From Candidatus Atabeyarchaeum deiterrae (GTDB lineage: Archaea; Asgardarchaeota; Atabeyarchaeia; Atabeyarchaeales; Atabeyarchaeaceae), in NCBI GenBank assembly GCA_037310415.1, contig CP147780.1:480001-544000 (forward strand): a stretch of DNA of 64,000 bases, given 5' to 3'. Both the position numbers and the translations under genes were made by a program. The notes below the pieces were generated by a model that made no database searches, was not told the DNA's origin, and saw only the letters and a program-made list of their open reading frames with translations. Positions 18,476 to 28,473 of the stretch are shown piece after piece. Each line of letters starts with the position of its first letter. Within the stretch, counting starts at the first letter, position 1.

Positions 18476-19207
18476 TTGGGTGTGTCTGCATTGACAGCGA
18501 GGATAGTTGTGGACGGTGAGGAGAAGCTTGAGGGATGTCATTTCCTGACAGGCTTTCACGGGGTCGGGTTGACAGGGTACATTACAGTCAACCACCTTGT
18601 TAAATCACTTCACGCTCGTCCGATAGGCTATATGGAAACACATCAGCAACCTGCCTTGATCTCATTGGTTGGGGAAAGGATTTCGTTTCCGTTTGAGCTT
18701 TTTAGGCATGATGATATCGTGATTCTTTTTCCGAGGCTTCAGCCAAAGCGCTCGGAAGTGAGAGAATTCACCCGTGAAGTTGTTAACTGGGTTGTTAAGA
18801 ACAAGTTGAAGGAGGCTATACTGATTGGCGGACTTGATAATAGGTTCAAACAAGAAAGCGAGATCATGAGGTGTCTCCCGACGAAGGCCATGCTTAGTAA
18901 AGCGAAGGCGTCAAAGATTCCTTTGCTTGAGGAATCACTTTTCGTAACTGGTCCCCTTGCTCTCATGTTAGCTTATTTTGAGATGGAAAGTTTCCCCGCT
19001 ATTGCATTCTTGCCCTATTCTGAGCGAGGCAGACCTGACCCAAGAGCAGCGGCTTTAGCGATAAAGCAGATCAACTCACTTTTCAGGCTGAATGTAGATG
19101 TCTTTGACTTGGACAATGACGCGAAGCGCATAGAGGACGAGGTTACCAAGATCATGGAGAGTCAGAAGGAAAAACCAGGATCTAACTCACAAACTATGTA
19201 CACTTAG
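18476..19207 (+). CDS. Proteasome assembly chaperone (PAC2) family protein
   Basis: GFHGVGLTGYI, IGGLD, GPLA, PDPRAAA motifs. Confidence 0.9.
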   Translation: MGVSALTARIVVDGEEKLEGCHFLTGFHGVGLTGYITVNHLVKSLHARPIGYMETHQQPALISLVGERISFPFELFRHDDIVILFPRLQPKRSEVREFTREVVNWVVKNKLKEAILIGGLDNRFKQESEIMRCLPTKAMLSKAKASKIPLLEESLFVTGPLALMLAYFEMESFPAIAFLPYSERGRPDPRAAALAIKQINSLFRLNVDVFDLDNDAKRIEDEVTKIMESQKEKPGSNSQTMYT

Positions 19208-19363
19208 AATGCACTCTTCTCACAGCTGTACTGCTTCTCTCTTGATCGCAATACGCATTTTTCACAATACTTCACACCTTATGAAGCATTTGAAAACATT
19301 TATGAGAAGATAGGTTTATTCGACCTACCTATCTATTCCCTAGTGAAATAGAGGTGATCAACT

Positions 19364-20620
19364 TTGAAAGAATATGCTGTCAAATCGATCAGCTTAGCAC
19401 CCGATGGGCAGAAGAAAATAGACTGGGCAGAATCGCATATGCCAGTTTTAATGATAATACGTGAACGATTCCAGAAAGAAAGGCCATTAGCAAATATGAG
19501 AATCTCTGCATGTCTCCACGTGACCAAGGAGACAGCGGTCTTGGTTAAGACACTGCGGGCAGGAGGAGCGGAAGTCGCATTGGCTGCCTCCAACCCTCTA
19601 TCAACCCAAGATGATGTTGCTGCCGAACTCGCCAATGAGGGTATTAAAGTATACGCCTGGCGAGGGCAGACAAAAGAAGAGTATTACGACTGCGTGAACA
19701 AGGTACTCGATTATTCTCCGAATATCACATTGGATGACGGTGCAGATCTAATAACGACCATTCATACTAAGCGAACTGAACTTCTCAAAGGAGTAATCGG
19801 TGGATGTGAAGAGACTACTACAGGTGTTATTCGGCTAAGAGCAATGGCAAAGCAAGGAGCCCTCAAATACCCCGTAGTAGCAGTTAATGACGCTCAAACT
19901 AAATGGTTCTTTGACAACAGGTATGGCACCGGTCAGAGTACTGTGGACGGGGTGTTGCGATCCACGACCATTCTCCTAGCTGGGGCAAGAGCTACTGTTG
20001 CAGGTTATGGATGGTGCGGCCGGGGCATCGCAACTCGCCTCAGAGGGATGGGATGTAGAGTGATTGTCTCAGAGGTGAATCCGCTAAAAGCTCTTGAAGC
20101 TGTTATGGACGGTTTTGATGTTATGCCCATGGTGGAGGCCGCTAGGCAAGCCAAGATCTTCATAACGGCGACCGGAGACAAGAATGTGATATCAAAGAAC
20201 CACATTGAATTGATGCAGGACGGAGCAATACTCGCTAACTCGGGACATTTCAATGTCGAGATATCTATTCCTGACCTTGAGGGATTGGCTGCTGGTAAGA
20301 GGCAGCTAAGAGAGAATCTTGAGGAGTACACGCTGAAGGATGGACGACGAATATATTTATTAGCTGAAGGAAGGCTAGTCAACTTGGCGGCGGCCGAGGG
20401 CCACCCAAGTGAAGTAATGGACATGAGTTTTTCAGACCAAGCCCTCTCGGCGGAGTACTTGACTAAACTCGGCAAAACACTTAAACCGAATGTATACCTA
20501 GTGCCGACTGACTTGGACAACCTTGTAGCGGAATTAAAACTGAAGTCATTGGGGATCAAGATAGACAGGCTAACCGATGAACAGAAGGAATATATCGGAG
20601 GCTGGGCTGAAGGAACCTAG
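19364..20620 (+). CDS. ahcY: Adenosylhomocysteinase
   Basis: [46 protein letters not shown]. Confidence 0.98.
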   Translation: MKEYAVKSISLAPDGQKKIDWAESHMPVLMIIRERFQKERPLANMRISACLHVTKETAVLVKTLRAGGAEVALAASNPLSTQDDVAAELANEGIKVYAWRGQTKEEYYDCVNKVLDYSPNITLDDGADLITTIHTKRTELLKGVIGGCEETTTGVIRLRAMAKQGALKYPVVAVNDAQTKWFFDNRYGTGQSTVDGVLRSTTILLAGARATVAGYGWCGRGIATRLRGMGCRVIVSEVNPLKALEAVMDGFDVMPMVEAARQAKIFITATGDKNVISKNHIELMQDGAILANSGHFNVEISIPDLEGLAAGKRQLRENLEEYTLKDGRRIYLLAEGRLVNLAAAEGHPSEVMDMSFSDQALSAEYLTKLGKTLKPNVYLVPTDLDNLVAELKLKSLGIKIDRLTDEQKEYIGGWAEGT

Positions 20621-20705
20621 CCTTTTCCTCCGCCCTTTGTTTCTTAACAGGGTTCGAGTATCTTCCTTCTTTTTCATTCATTGAGATACACGGTGAACAG
20701 TCAGG

Positions 20706-21329
20706 ATGGTAAACAAAACTGGTCAAGTTCAAGATCCAGACAACAATGTCGCAAGGAGGGTATACATAGCCGACATAGTTTTGAGTGGAAGTACCGCATC
20801 GGGCAATATCAATGCTGAGAGATTCACCAAGGTCAAAATCTTTGGGACACTGATGAGCAAGAGAAACTTCCGAAGCGATGGAAAAACTGATTATACGGTT
20901 ATCACAGTCGACGATGGCAGCGGATTGGCCATACGGATTAAAGCTTGGGGGCACGACACCAAGCTACTAGATAGCTTCGCGCAAGGAGCAGTAATCGATG
21001 TGATCGGAAGAGTCAGGTATGGGAAGGAAGAGATCTACATTATACCAGAAATAGTGAAAGAAATAGAAGATCCAAACTGGGAGATCGTAAGAGAGCTTGA
21101 AATCATCCGCGAGTATCTGAAGCTTAAGAAGGCGAGAATAAGATCCCCTGACCTGAAATCAGATATACTCGATATTATTGACAGAATTGGTGGCAACATA
21201 GGCATCGAATACAATGAACTGGTCAAATTGATCAAGCAACCCGATGAGGAAGAAATTAAAAAGGCATTAAGAGAATTAATTAACGAAGGGTTGATCTTCG
21301 AGCCAAGACTGGGTAGGTACAGAAAATGA
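20706..21329 (+). CDS. RPA32-like protein (OB fold plus C-terminal winged helix)
   Basis: OB fold (DDGSG, VIDVIGRVR), DPNWE..R.LE helix, wH ending LINEGLIFEPRLGRY. Confidence 0.8.
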   Translation: MVNKTGQVQDPDNNVARRVYIADIVLSGSTASGNINAERFTKVKIFGTLMSKRNFRSDGKTDYTVITVDDGSGLAIRIKAWGHDTKLLDSFAQGAVIDVIGRVRYGKEEIYIIPEIVKEIEDPNWEIVRELEIIREYLKLKKARIRSPDLKSDILDIIDRIGGNIGIEYNELVKLIKQPDEEEIKKALRELINEGLIFEPRLGRYRK

Positions 21330-21339
21330 CAGAATAACA

Positions 21340-21771
21340 TTGGAGGCTAAAACGCAGATGGGTGATTATGACTACAACTATCTGTTGGATAGAGCAAAAT
21401 CTCTAGTCCCTGACAAGTTGTTAGGCAAGGACAGGTTCAACGTTCCACAAGTATCGATTTTCAATGAGGGAAACAAGACATTTGTGCTCAACTTCAAGGA
21501 AGTTTGCGACGCAATAAACCGCCAGCCCAATCAATTAATGAAGTTTCTGCTGCGTGAGCTCGCAACGTCAGGACTGGTTCAGGGAAACAGGGCGGTCTTT
21601 CAAGGAAGGTTTTCTGACAACACACTGAACGATCTTATTAGGAGATATACAAAGGAATACATAACGTGTCCATTGTGTGGTCAACCAGATACAGTTCTCA
21701 AGAAGGAAGGCAGAGTGACTATCCTTGTTTGTGAGGCGTGCGGCGCTAGGAATCCAGTTAAGTCCATATGA
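21340..21771 (+). CDS. eif2b: Translation initiation factor aIF2 beta
   Basis: LRELATSG, CPLCGQPDT, CEACGA. Confidence 0.95.
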   Translation: MEAKTQMGDYDYNYLLDRAKSLVPDKLLGKDRFNVPQVSIFNEGNKTFVLNFKEVCDAINRQPNQLMKFLLRELATSGLVQGNRAVFQGRFSDNTLNDLIRRYTKEYITCPLCGQPDTVLKKEGRVTILVCEACGARNPVKSI

Positions 21772-21806
21772 TGGATCAGGATAGCGACTGTGAATGAGGG
21801 AAGCTC

Positions 21807-22103
21807 ATGGAAGTATACCTCAGGAAATTCAAGTCACAACGCGACCTAGTCGTTGCTGTGTGTGACCGTGAACTCCTTGGGAAGTGCTTCAAAGAGGGAA
21901 AGTTGACGCTAGATGTCAGGAAAGAGTTCTATGAGGGAACTCTTGTCAGTATTGATGGTGCGTTGCAGACAATAGAATCATCGACAATAGCCAATATCGT
22001 CGGTGAGAAAATCATATCAAAGATGATCGAAGCGGGTTTAATATGTGAGGAATCGGTGATAAGGGTCTCAGGAGTCCCGCATGCGCAGAGAGTTGTCATC
22101 TAA
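21807..22103 (+). CDS. DUF424 family protein
   Basis: VAVCDRELLGK.F, FYEG, ANIVG, GVPHAQ. Confidence 0.88.
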   Translation: MEVYLRKFKSQRDLVVAVCDRELLGKCFKEGKLTLDVRKEFYEGTLVSIDGALQTIESSTIANIVGEKIISKMIEAGLICEESVIRVSGVPHAQRVVI

Positions 22104-22164
22104 TGCAGAGCTAGCTTCGACTAGCTCGAAGTTGCTATTTGCAGATTGGTAGCAATCTATTCTG

Positions 22165-22971
22165 GTGGGCGAATCCTTGATAGCCAAGCGAAATCGATTT
22201 TGCGTCGTCTGCGGATGCGAAGAAACCACGACGATTCAACTTCGGGACGGTCTTTGTCCGAAATGCTCAGTTGTTGAGCAGCCCGAAATCAAGGCACAAA
22301 CGATTCCACCTATCAGACTCTGCAGGATATGTGAAAGTCTCGAAGAGAAAGGCAAATGGCTTCCTCGAAGCTCCAAGGGGTCTAAGGAAGATCTCCTCGC
22401 ATTGCTGAAGAGAATAATGACCAAGTCAATCAAAGTCAATGCAGGGAATGTTCTCGAGGTGACAATTCCGAAAATGCCTTCATCGGTCGGTTCGTGCCCT
22501 GTGACAATTCCTGTACTCGTGAAAGTCAAGACTGGTGATCAGCAACAAACGCCTCTGTTGAATGAATTCAGCACTACTGTCAGACTCGTCCCAGTAACAT
22601 GTCCAAACTGCAGCCTCATGAAAAGGGAATACTACGAGGCAACGCTACAAATCAGGACGCGTAATGAGAATATGACTTCTAATGAGAAAATGAAACTGCT
22701 TAACCAAGTGAGCCTCTTTGTGGAGAAGATCTCAAGGAGGAACAAAAAGGCTTTCATTTCAAAATACGAAGAGCGACCAAAAGGGCTCGACTTGTATCTC
22801 GGGTCAAACCAACTTGCTTACGCATTAGCCTCAAAGTTCAGAGATAAGAAAGGAGTAATGACAAAAGAGACATTTAAGGCTGGAAAGGTAGACAAGTCTT
22901 CTGGCAACAGAAAGAACAAAATCACTATTCTGATTACATTACCTCAAGCAGTAATAGATGAACTGGAATAG
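22165..22971 (+). CDS. NMD3-family ribosome biogenesis protein
   Basis: Four CxxC pairs, YYEATLQIR, GLDLYLGS. Confidence 0.88.
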   Translation: MGESLIAKRNRFCVVCGCEETTTIQLRDGLCPKCSVVEQPEIKAQTIPPIRLCRICESLEEKGKWLPRSSKGSKEDLLALLKRIMTKSIKVNAGNVLEVTIPKMPSSVGSCPVTIPVLVKVKTGDQQQTPLLNEFSTTVRLVPVTCPNCSLMKREYYEATLQIRTRNENMTSNEKMKLLNQVSLFVEKISRRNKKAFISKYEERPKGLDLYLGSNQLAYALASKFRDKKGVMTKETFKAGKVDKSSGNRKNKITILITLPQAVIDELE

Positions 22972-23010
22972 AATAATAGGAATACTATTATCTATGAACA
23001 ATCGAAGTCT

Positions 23011-23400
23011 ATGGGTAACATAGAACGTCCAAGTTTCGCTTCGATTGCAGCACAGCAACATTTGGGAGAGATGTCTTTGCCAAAGATAAAGAAGAGGAAG
23101 ATGGAAGAACCGAGCTACGAATCCGAGATAAAACAGACTCGCATACCCGGAAAAGGAGAAGTCATAGGAATAATAATGCAGCAGCTTGGCTTTGATCATG
23201 TAAAGGTCAAATGCTCTGACGGATTTACACGTCTTTGTAGGATCCCAGGCCGAATGAAGAAGCGAGTGTGGCTACGTGATAATGATGTTGTACTCGTGGT
23301 TCCATGGGATTTTCAATACGAAATACGCGGTGATGTCGTCTGGCGGTATACGGGGGCGCAAGCCGATTGGCTTCAAAGGAAGGGTTACCTGAAGCTATGA
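23011..23400 (+). CDS. eif1a: Translation initiation factor aIF1A (start probably ~23071)
   Basis: CSDG.TRLCRIPGRMKKRVW, VVPWDFQ, GDVVWRY. Confidence 0.96.
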   Translation: MGNIERPSFASIAAQQHLGEMSLPKIKKRKMEEPSYESEIKQTRIPGKGEVIGIIMQQLGFDHVKVKCSDGFTRLCRIPGRMKKRVWLRDNDVVLVVPWDFQYEIRGDVVWRYTGAQADWLQRKGYLKL

Positions 23401-23445
23401 GATACATTCTTGCTTCTATGATCTTCTCGGGATTGTTTCTTAATC

Positions 23446-24303
23446 TTGTTAAACTGGAACTTGAATCATGGTGAGCATAGCTTGGCTGATGACACCATAG
23501 ACAAGCTTGAGCAGAGAAGGATAGATAAACATAAGTTCAGACTAAAACGCGTTGAAGACTCGCGAAGCATTGAAGGAGTAATAGATCAGTTAACGCTCTT
23601 TACATTATACGATTTGATAAACAAGGGCCTACTCAGAGTAATCCATGGAGTCATAGCCACTGGGAAGGAATCGAACGTTTACTGGGCCGAGAACGCAAAG
23701 GGGCGGAGCGTGGCAGTAAAAATCTATCGCACCTCAACGGCCGATTTCAAACGAATGCGAGAGTATGTAATTGGTGATCCTAGGTTTAAGCGAATCAAAG
23801 GCGGGACCCGTTCAATGATTTTCACTTGGGCTGAGAAAGAATTCAAGAATCTTAGAACAGCCTTTGACATCGGTGTCCGTGTCCCGAAACCAATCGCCGT
23901 GCAGAAGAACGTACTTGTAATGGAATTCCTGGGTAGGTCGGGCATACCTGCACCTAGGCTGAAGGACGAAGCACCTAGTAACCCCTCGTCGACTCTGAAG
24001 ACAATCATACACTATTTGAAATTGCTCTACACGAAAGCTGAGATAGTTCACGCTGACCTTAGTGAATATAATGTACTGATGTGGAAGGGTCCAGTACTAA
24101 TCGATATCTCGCAGGGGGTACATATATCTCATCCGCTCTCCAAAGAGTATTTGAAAAGGGACCTTCAAAACATAACTAGGTATTTCTCTTCACTTGGGGT
24201 CTCAACCAAACCTGTTCCCCAGATATATGAGGATGTTACGGGGGAGGAATACAAGGAGCAGTTCTTATCGTCTGAATCTATATCTATGAGACGAGCTCCA
24301 TGA
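23446..24303 (+). CDS. rio1: Rio1 serine/threonine kinase
   Basis: TGKESNVY, AVKIY, WAEKEFKNL, VHADLSEYN, IDISQ. Confidence 0.95.
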   Translation: MLNWNLNHGEHSLADDTIDKLEQRRIDKHKFRLKRVEDSRSIEGVIDQLTLFTLYDLINKGLLRVIHGVIATGKESNVYWAENAKGRSVAVKIYRTSTADFKRMREYVIGDPRFKRIKGGTRSMIFTWAEKEFKNLRTAFDIGVRVPKPIAVQKNVLVMEFLGRSGIPAPRLKDEAPSNPSSTLKTIIHYLKLLYTKAEIVHADLSEYNVLMWKGPVLIDISQGVHISHPLSKEYLKRDLQNITRYFSSLGVSTKPVPQIYEDVTGEEYKEQFLSSESISMRRAP

Positions 24304-24890
24304 TTCAGGCAAAAGAAGTGATTAGGATCCCCCAAGCAAGGGTAGGCGTTGTCATAGGGAAGGATGGTGAAGTTAAGAAAAGGATTGAACAGGAGACTAA
24401 TACAAAGATAACCATAGACAGTGAAGAGGGAAACGTTACAGTTGAGACGACTGAGGAGACTGAGGATCCTCTCGCAGCCTGGAAAGCTCGTGACATCATA
24501 ATGGCAATTGCCAGGGGATTCAACCCCAAAAAAGCTTTCAGGCTCCTCGAGGAAGATGAGGCCATAGAGGTGATAGAATTATCGGACTTCGTAGGAAGAT
24601 CCGAGAACGCTCTCAACAGAATAAGAGGGAGACTGATAGGGGAAAACGGAAAAACCAGACGAATCATAGAGGAATTGACAGGTGGAAATATCTCCATCTA
24701 TGGACGCACAGTAAGTATCATCGGTGAATTCGATCAATTAAGCGTTGCCAAAGAAACACTCATATTGCTCATTAATGGCGCCCAACATAGAACGGTTTAT
24801 AGATTCCTTCACAGAAAAAGCAGGGAGCTGAAAAGAGCTAGAATGGAGCTTTGGAAGCCCAGGGTTGAAGTTAAGGATCAATGGCGCTGA
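24300..24890 (+). CDS. KH-domain rRNA processing protein Pno1/Dim2
   Basis: Two KH GxxG motifs, AIARGF, GAQH.TVY; conserved position after rio1. Confidence 0.92.
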   Translation: MIQAKEVIRIPQARVGVVIGKDGEVKKRIEQETNTKITIDSEEGNVTVETTEETEDPLAAWKARDIIMAIARGFNPKKAFRLLEEDEAIEVIELSDFVGRSENALNRIRGRLIGENGKTRRIIEELTGGNISIYGRTVSIIGEFDQLSVAKETLILLINGAQHRTVYRFLHRKSRELKRARMELWKPRVEVKDQWR

Positions 24891-25073
24891 GGAATTGTGC
24901 CTGACTTACAGCCTTTGTTTGTCACCACTCTCTTCAGCCACTGACACTCTCGTACCCTTTTTGGTTCACACAATAATAGTGTTTACAGTACAAGCTTTCC
25001 GAAAACCTTAATATTACAAACTATTTCTACAATAGTCTACAACCGTTACCAAATAGTTGTCTCTAGTGGAAGC

Positions 25074-25216
25074 GCCGGGGTAGCTCAGCCAGGTAGAGCA
25101 GCGGGCTGTTAACCCGTCGGTCACACACGTGAGCAACATGTGGACTACAGGTTCGAAAGTCAAGAGGAATCTATATACCTAGTCCTCTGAGACCGGAAAC
25201 CCTGTCCCCGGCGCCA
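25074..25216 (+). tRNA. tRNA-Asn(GTT) with two introns (25125-25148 at 50/51; 25158-25199 at 59/60); CCA encoded
   Basis: GCCGGGG/CCCCGGC-G-CCA acceptor, GCGGG-CT-GTT-AA-CCCGT; both insertions form BHB-type motifs (GGTC/GACT with ACA bulges; TTCG/CGGA with AAA/AAC bulges). Confidence 0.92.
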
Positions 25217-25239
25217 CTAATATGTCCGCCATTGAATGT

Positions 25240-25365
25240 GCTCCGGTAGTCTAGTCCGGTCATCCGTCAGGTCCGAAAGGATAGAGGCCCTTCGAGCCTC
25301 CGACGCGGGAAGCCTTGATCCATTCGGATAAGGGCTCGCGAATCCGAATCCCGCCCGGAGCACCA
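25240..25365 (+). tRNA. tRNA-Glu(TTC) with two introns (25263-25277 in the D loop; 25310-25342 at 53/54); C33 and C55; CCA encoded
   Basis: GCTCCGG/CCGGAGC-A-CCA, GAGGC-CC-TTC-GA-GCCTC, GCGGG/CCCGC T stem; BHB-type motif CGCG/CGCG with GGA/AAT bulges. Confidence 0.88.
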
Positions 25366-25614
25366 CCAACTGTTCTCTCAGACGAAACAGAGTTGTTCTT
25401 CAAATCAGGCTTTTCTCGTGTCTAGTCGTAATCGAATAATGACTAGCAGTGAGTCCAGAAGCAAGAGGATCCTTAACCTGTGGCCAATGGTGTTCCTGGA
25501 GATCCTCTGCTTTTTGGCTAAGATTAGAGGAGATACTTCGAACTCCCGATGTGACCGTTTCTCTCGCCTGTCAATCTGGGAGCAGTTCAAATACCCAGAA
25601 CCCCAGACTACAAG

Positions 25615-25926
25615 GTGGTTGTCGACATCATGACGAACCCGCACGACTCAATTCTTTATAGTGAATTGGGCGAAAGCGTCATCAATTTAGCCTTCTCAGT
25701 TGCAGCCATAGTGTTATTCATCACAATTCTCTTGACAGTGAACCATTTGAGGAGAAGATTCTCAGCTACGACCTGCTTACTATTGGGGATAGAGTTAATT
25801 CTCTTCACGATGGCTGCCGACGAGCAAATACGTCTCCTCATCTTCCAAGATCTCATCGCTCCAATCATCGACTCTTTACTGATGCCACTTCAGAAGCTCT
25901 TTGGCTTGACCTGGAGATTCCTTTGA
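25615..25926 (+). CDS. Hypothetical small membrane protein
   Basis: 103 aa with 2-3 hydrophobic segments; no family recognised. Confidence 0.45.
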   Translation: MVVDIMTNPHDSILYSELGESVINLAFSVAAIVLFITILLTVNHLRRRFSATTCLLLGIELILFTMAADEQIRLLIFQDLIAPIIDSLLMPLQKLFGLTWRFL

Positions 25927-25957
25927 CCCACAATAACGAGGGATCGGGCGTGGGATC

Positions 25958-26320
25958 CTATTTTGAAGAGCAATGAGCTGGTCTGCCATGGCCCCTTCCC
26001 ATTGAACATGTTCTGAAATACATATTCAAATAAGTCTTGAAAGAACTCAAAACCTGATACCCAATTGGCACATAGAGTGAAAAGAAAAGTACAGATGCAG
26101 AGTTCAATAAACTGGTCCAACTGTAAATCAGTTGCATATCGAACGTCGCAGAAAACGTAACGACCGCGCTAATGCTCAACAGCAGATCCAAGATCGGTTT
26201 CAACATCTGCAAATCAAGCAGCTCGCCACTCATCTCTTCGGGCACTTCCTCCAGCTCATCTTCTTGCGGCAATATGTACTCAACAGTATCCGTTTCAGAT
26301 GAGACCCGAACATCACCCAA
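25958..26320 (-). CDS. Hypothetical protein (acidic N-terminus plus 2 TM); possibly frameshifted at its 5' end
   Basis: ORF track; the frame stays open upstream to 26377. Confidence 0.4.
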   Translation of the reverse strand: MGDVRVSSETDTVEYILPQEDELEEVPEEMSGELLDLQMLKPILDLLLSISAVVTFSATFDMQLIYSWTSLLNSASVLFFSLYVPIGYQVLSSFKTYLNMYFRTCSMGRGHGRPAHCSSK

Positions 26321-26535
26321 AAACCGTCTACGTGCCCGAATCTCTTGGGAAGAACCTCGAATAGAATCCGGAATCTCAAAAGGGATTCATATTCACATAG
26401 GGAAACCAAAAAAAAGGTGATGTCTTTGAGTGGGGAGATTGGACAGAACGCATGACTCGAGGGTGAGTAACCCAAAATAAGCTAGGAAAGCTCTATACTC
26501 CGTTCTCCAAAAAAAGAGAAGGAAGAAGTTGATCT

Positions 26536-27684
26536 CTAGAAGCACCTGTGAATTACAGAGCTTCCTTGTTCTTTGTACTCTTTGTTGCTTATCCAGAGCT
26601 TCTGGAAAGTCTTGAGACTGGAAAGGATTGAGCCGCCCATCCAGACTGAATATTGGCGCTCCGGAGGAGCTATGATCTTGACATCAACCTCCTCAGGCGT
26701 CAGCTCCTTTATTTCTTTCTCCAGACGCTCCTTGACTCCTGGGAACATCGTTGAGCCGCCACTGAGCACAATGTTGGCGTAGAGTTCTCTTCTGAGGTCC
26801 ACGTCGCACTTCCTGATAGAGTCTACTATGGACTCATCAAGTGGTGTGGCTTCCATTCCTATTACGCCCGGGTTGAAGAACACTTCGGGTGCGAGGAACC
26901 TTTCTGCACCAATTACTACCTTTTCCCCGTCTGGCAGCACATATTCCTTTTGCATTTCAGCTACTTTTTCAGCGAGTTTCATCTCTTTCTCAGGTTCTAG
27001 TGCAACGTAGCAGAGTTTCTCTTTGATGTCTCGAACGATTTCTCTCTCAGCAGAAGAGACTAGGCTGTATCCTCTCTGTCTTAGCAATCTGCGCAAGTAT
27101 TCTGTGATATCTCTTCCACCTAGATCAACTCTGTTGATCGCGTGGGTCAGCGCGAAACCTTCGTAGATTGGAACTATGTGAGTTACTCCATCTCCAGAAT
27201 CAACGACGAGTCCTGTGGTTCTACCTGAAGCGTATAGACTGAGAACTGCTTGCATTGAGACGTACATCGCTGGAACATTGAAGGTTTCAAACATTATCTC
27301 TGCCATCTTTTCTCTGTTCTTTCTAGGGTTCAATGGTGGCTCTGTGAGCAAGATTGGATGCTCAGCAGGGTTGACTCGCAAATCGTTGTAGAATGTGAAA
27401 TGCCATATCTTTTCCATAGCTTGCCAGTCCAATATCATGCCATGCTCGACTGGATAAACAAGACGCAGAACGCCTCTGAGGTTGAGCGCTTCTTCGCCGA
27501 TGTAGTACTCTCTTGTGTAATGCTCTACGTCAGTCATGATTGATGTGTACTTAGGGTATCCTATTATCGTTGGCCAGACACTTCTGGGACGATCCTCTCC
27601 GGCGTATCCGTTCTTGGTCAAGCCGCTGCCGTTGTCAAGAACTATTGGTTTAGCTGCAACAATTTCTTCTCCTGATGATGCCAT
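26536..27684 (-). CDS. Asgard actin (Lokiactin-type)
   Basis: [80 protein letters not shown]-terminus. Confidence 0.98.
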   Translation of the reverse strand: MASSGEEIVAAKPIVLDNGSGLTKNGYAGEDRPRSVWPTIIGYPKYTSIMTDVEHYTREYYIGEEALNLRGVLRLVYPVEHGMILDWQAMEKIWHFTFYNDLRVNPAEHPILLTEPPLNPRKNREKMAEIMFETFNVPAMYVSMQAVLSLYASGRTTGLVVDSGDGVTHIVPIYEGFALTHAINRVDLGGRDITEYLRRLLRQRGYSLVSSAEREIVRDIKEKLCYVALEPEKEMKLAEKVAEMQKEYVLPDGEKVVIGAERFLAPEVFFNPGVIGMEATPLDESIVDSIRKCDVDLRRELYANIVLSGGSTMFPGVKERLEKEIKELTPEEVDVKIIAPPERQYSVWMGGSILSSLKTFQKLWISNKEYKEQGSSVIHRCF

Positions 27685-27771
27685 CTTTACTATTCACCTT
27701 TCTATCGATAGATTTACAGAAATTTCCTTCTGATCAATTGCTTGTCTAAGAGCGTATAAAAACGTTTATAG

Positions 27772-28470
27772 GTGAGACGTCTCATAGGTATTATGATTAA
27801 TATGAACAATAGGAATCAAGCTGCCAGCTACGTTTCTAAGGTTGTTGGAGGCGTTGACGCAAGAGAGTGGTTATTAGAGGGCTTGGTCGGTGGCCCAAAA
27901 TCTGGTTTGAATTTGCGAAGGTTCCTCGCAAAGAAGTTGAGATCCAAGATCTCTAATGCGAAGCTGTACTATAACTTACAGGTGTTGTTTGACGCAGGTC
28001 TTATCAGGCTTCGCAGCAAATGGCGTGGAAAAGAGGTTGAGCTGGATCCGAGATGGCTTCAACCTGTTCGAGAATACTTCAACGTTAAGACCCCAATAGT
28101 GTGTGTCGGCGGACTAGAAGAGCGTTTTAGGAGTCCAAGCCTGGTGGAGTCGGCTTTGACGCTCACGGACATTAAACCAATCAGATATTATCTTGTTGCC
28201 CGTGATGAGCTCAGAGGGAAAGTCTCTGGCGTACCTGGAAACGTTAAGTTTGTTCTTGTTTCATCAGAGTTGCTTGAAGGTGACCTTGCTGGAATTAAGC
28301 GAGTATTTGAAGGTGTCATTTCTGACGAGCTGGGATCCCATGAGGTTATTGTTGATTTGAGCGACGGAGTCAGACTGGGTATGCTTGTCCTTTACAGGCT
28401 CGCCGAGGACTATGGTCTTCGCCGGTTCTATTTGTCAGAGCCTGAACACAAGATAATCTGGCTCCCCTAG
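27772..28470 (+). CDS. Winged-HTH plus CARF-like domain putative transcription regulator
   Basis: N-terminal wHTH (ISNAKLYYNLQVLFDAGLI); C-terminal Rossmann-like domain with VIVDLSDGVR (compare CARF DxT/SGGxK/R) and a FYL.E....IIWLP ending. Confidence 0.7.
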   Translation: MRRLIGIMINMNNRNQAASYVSKVVGGVDAREWLLEGLVGGPKSGLNLRRFLAKKLRSKISNAKLYYNLQVLFDAGLIRLRSKWRGKEVELDPRWLQPVREYFNVKTPIVCVGGLEERFRSPSLVESALTLTDIKPIRYYLVARDELRGKVSGVPGNVKFVLVSSELLEGDLAGIKRVFEGVISDELGSHEVIVDLSDGVRLGMLVLYRLAEDYGLRRFYLSEPEHKIIWLP

Positions 28471-28473
28471 CTA

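Noticed and set aside
25366-26530. Second integrated element at the tRNA-Glu 3' end
   Set aside because: No integrase and no duplicated tRNA 3' end found downstream.
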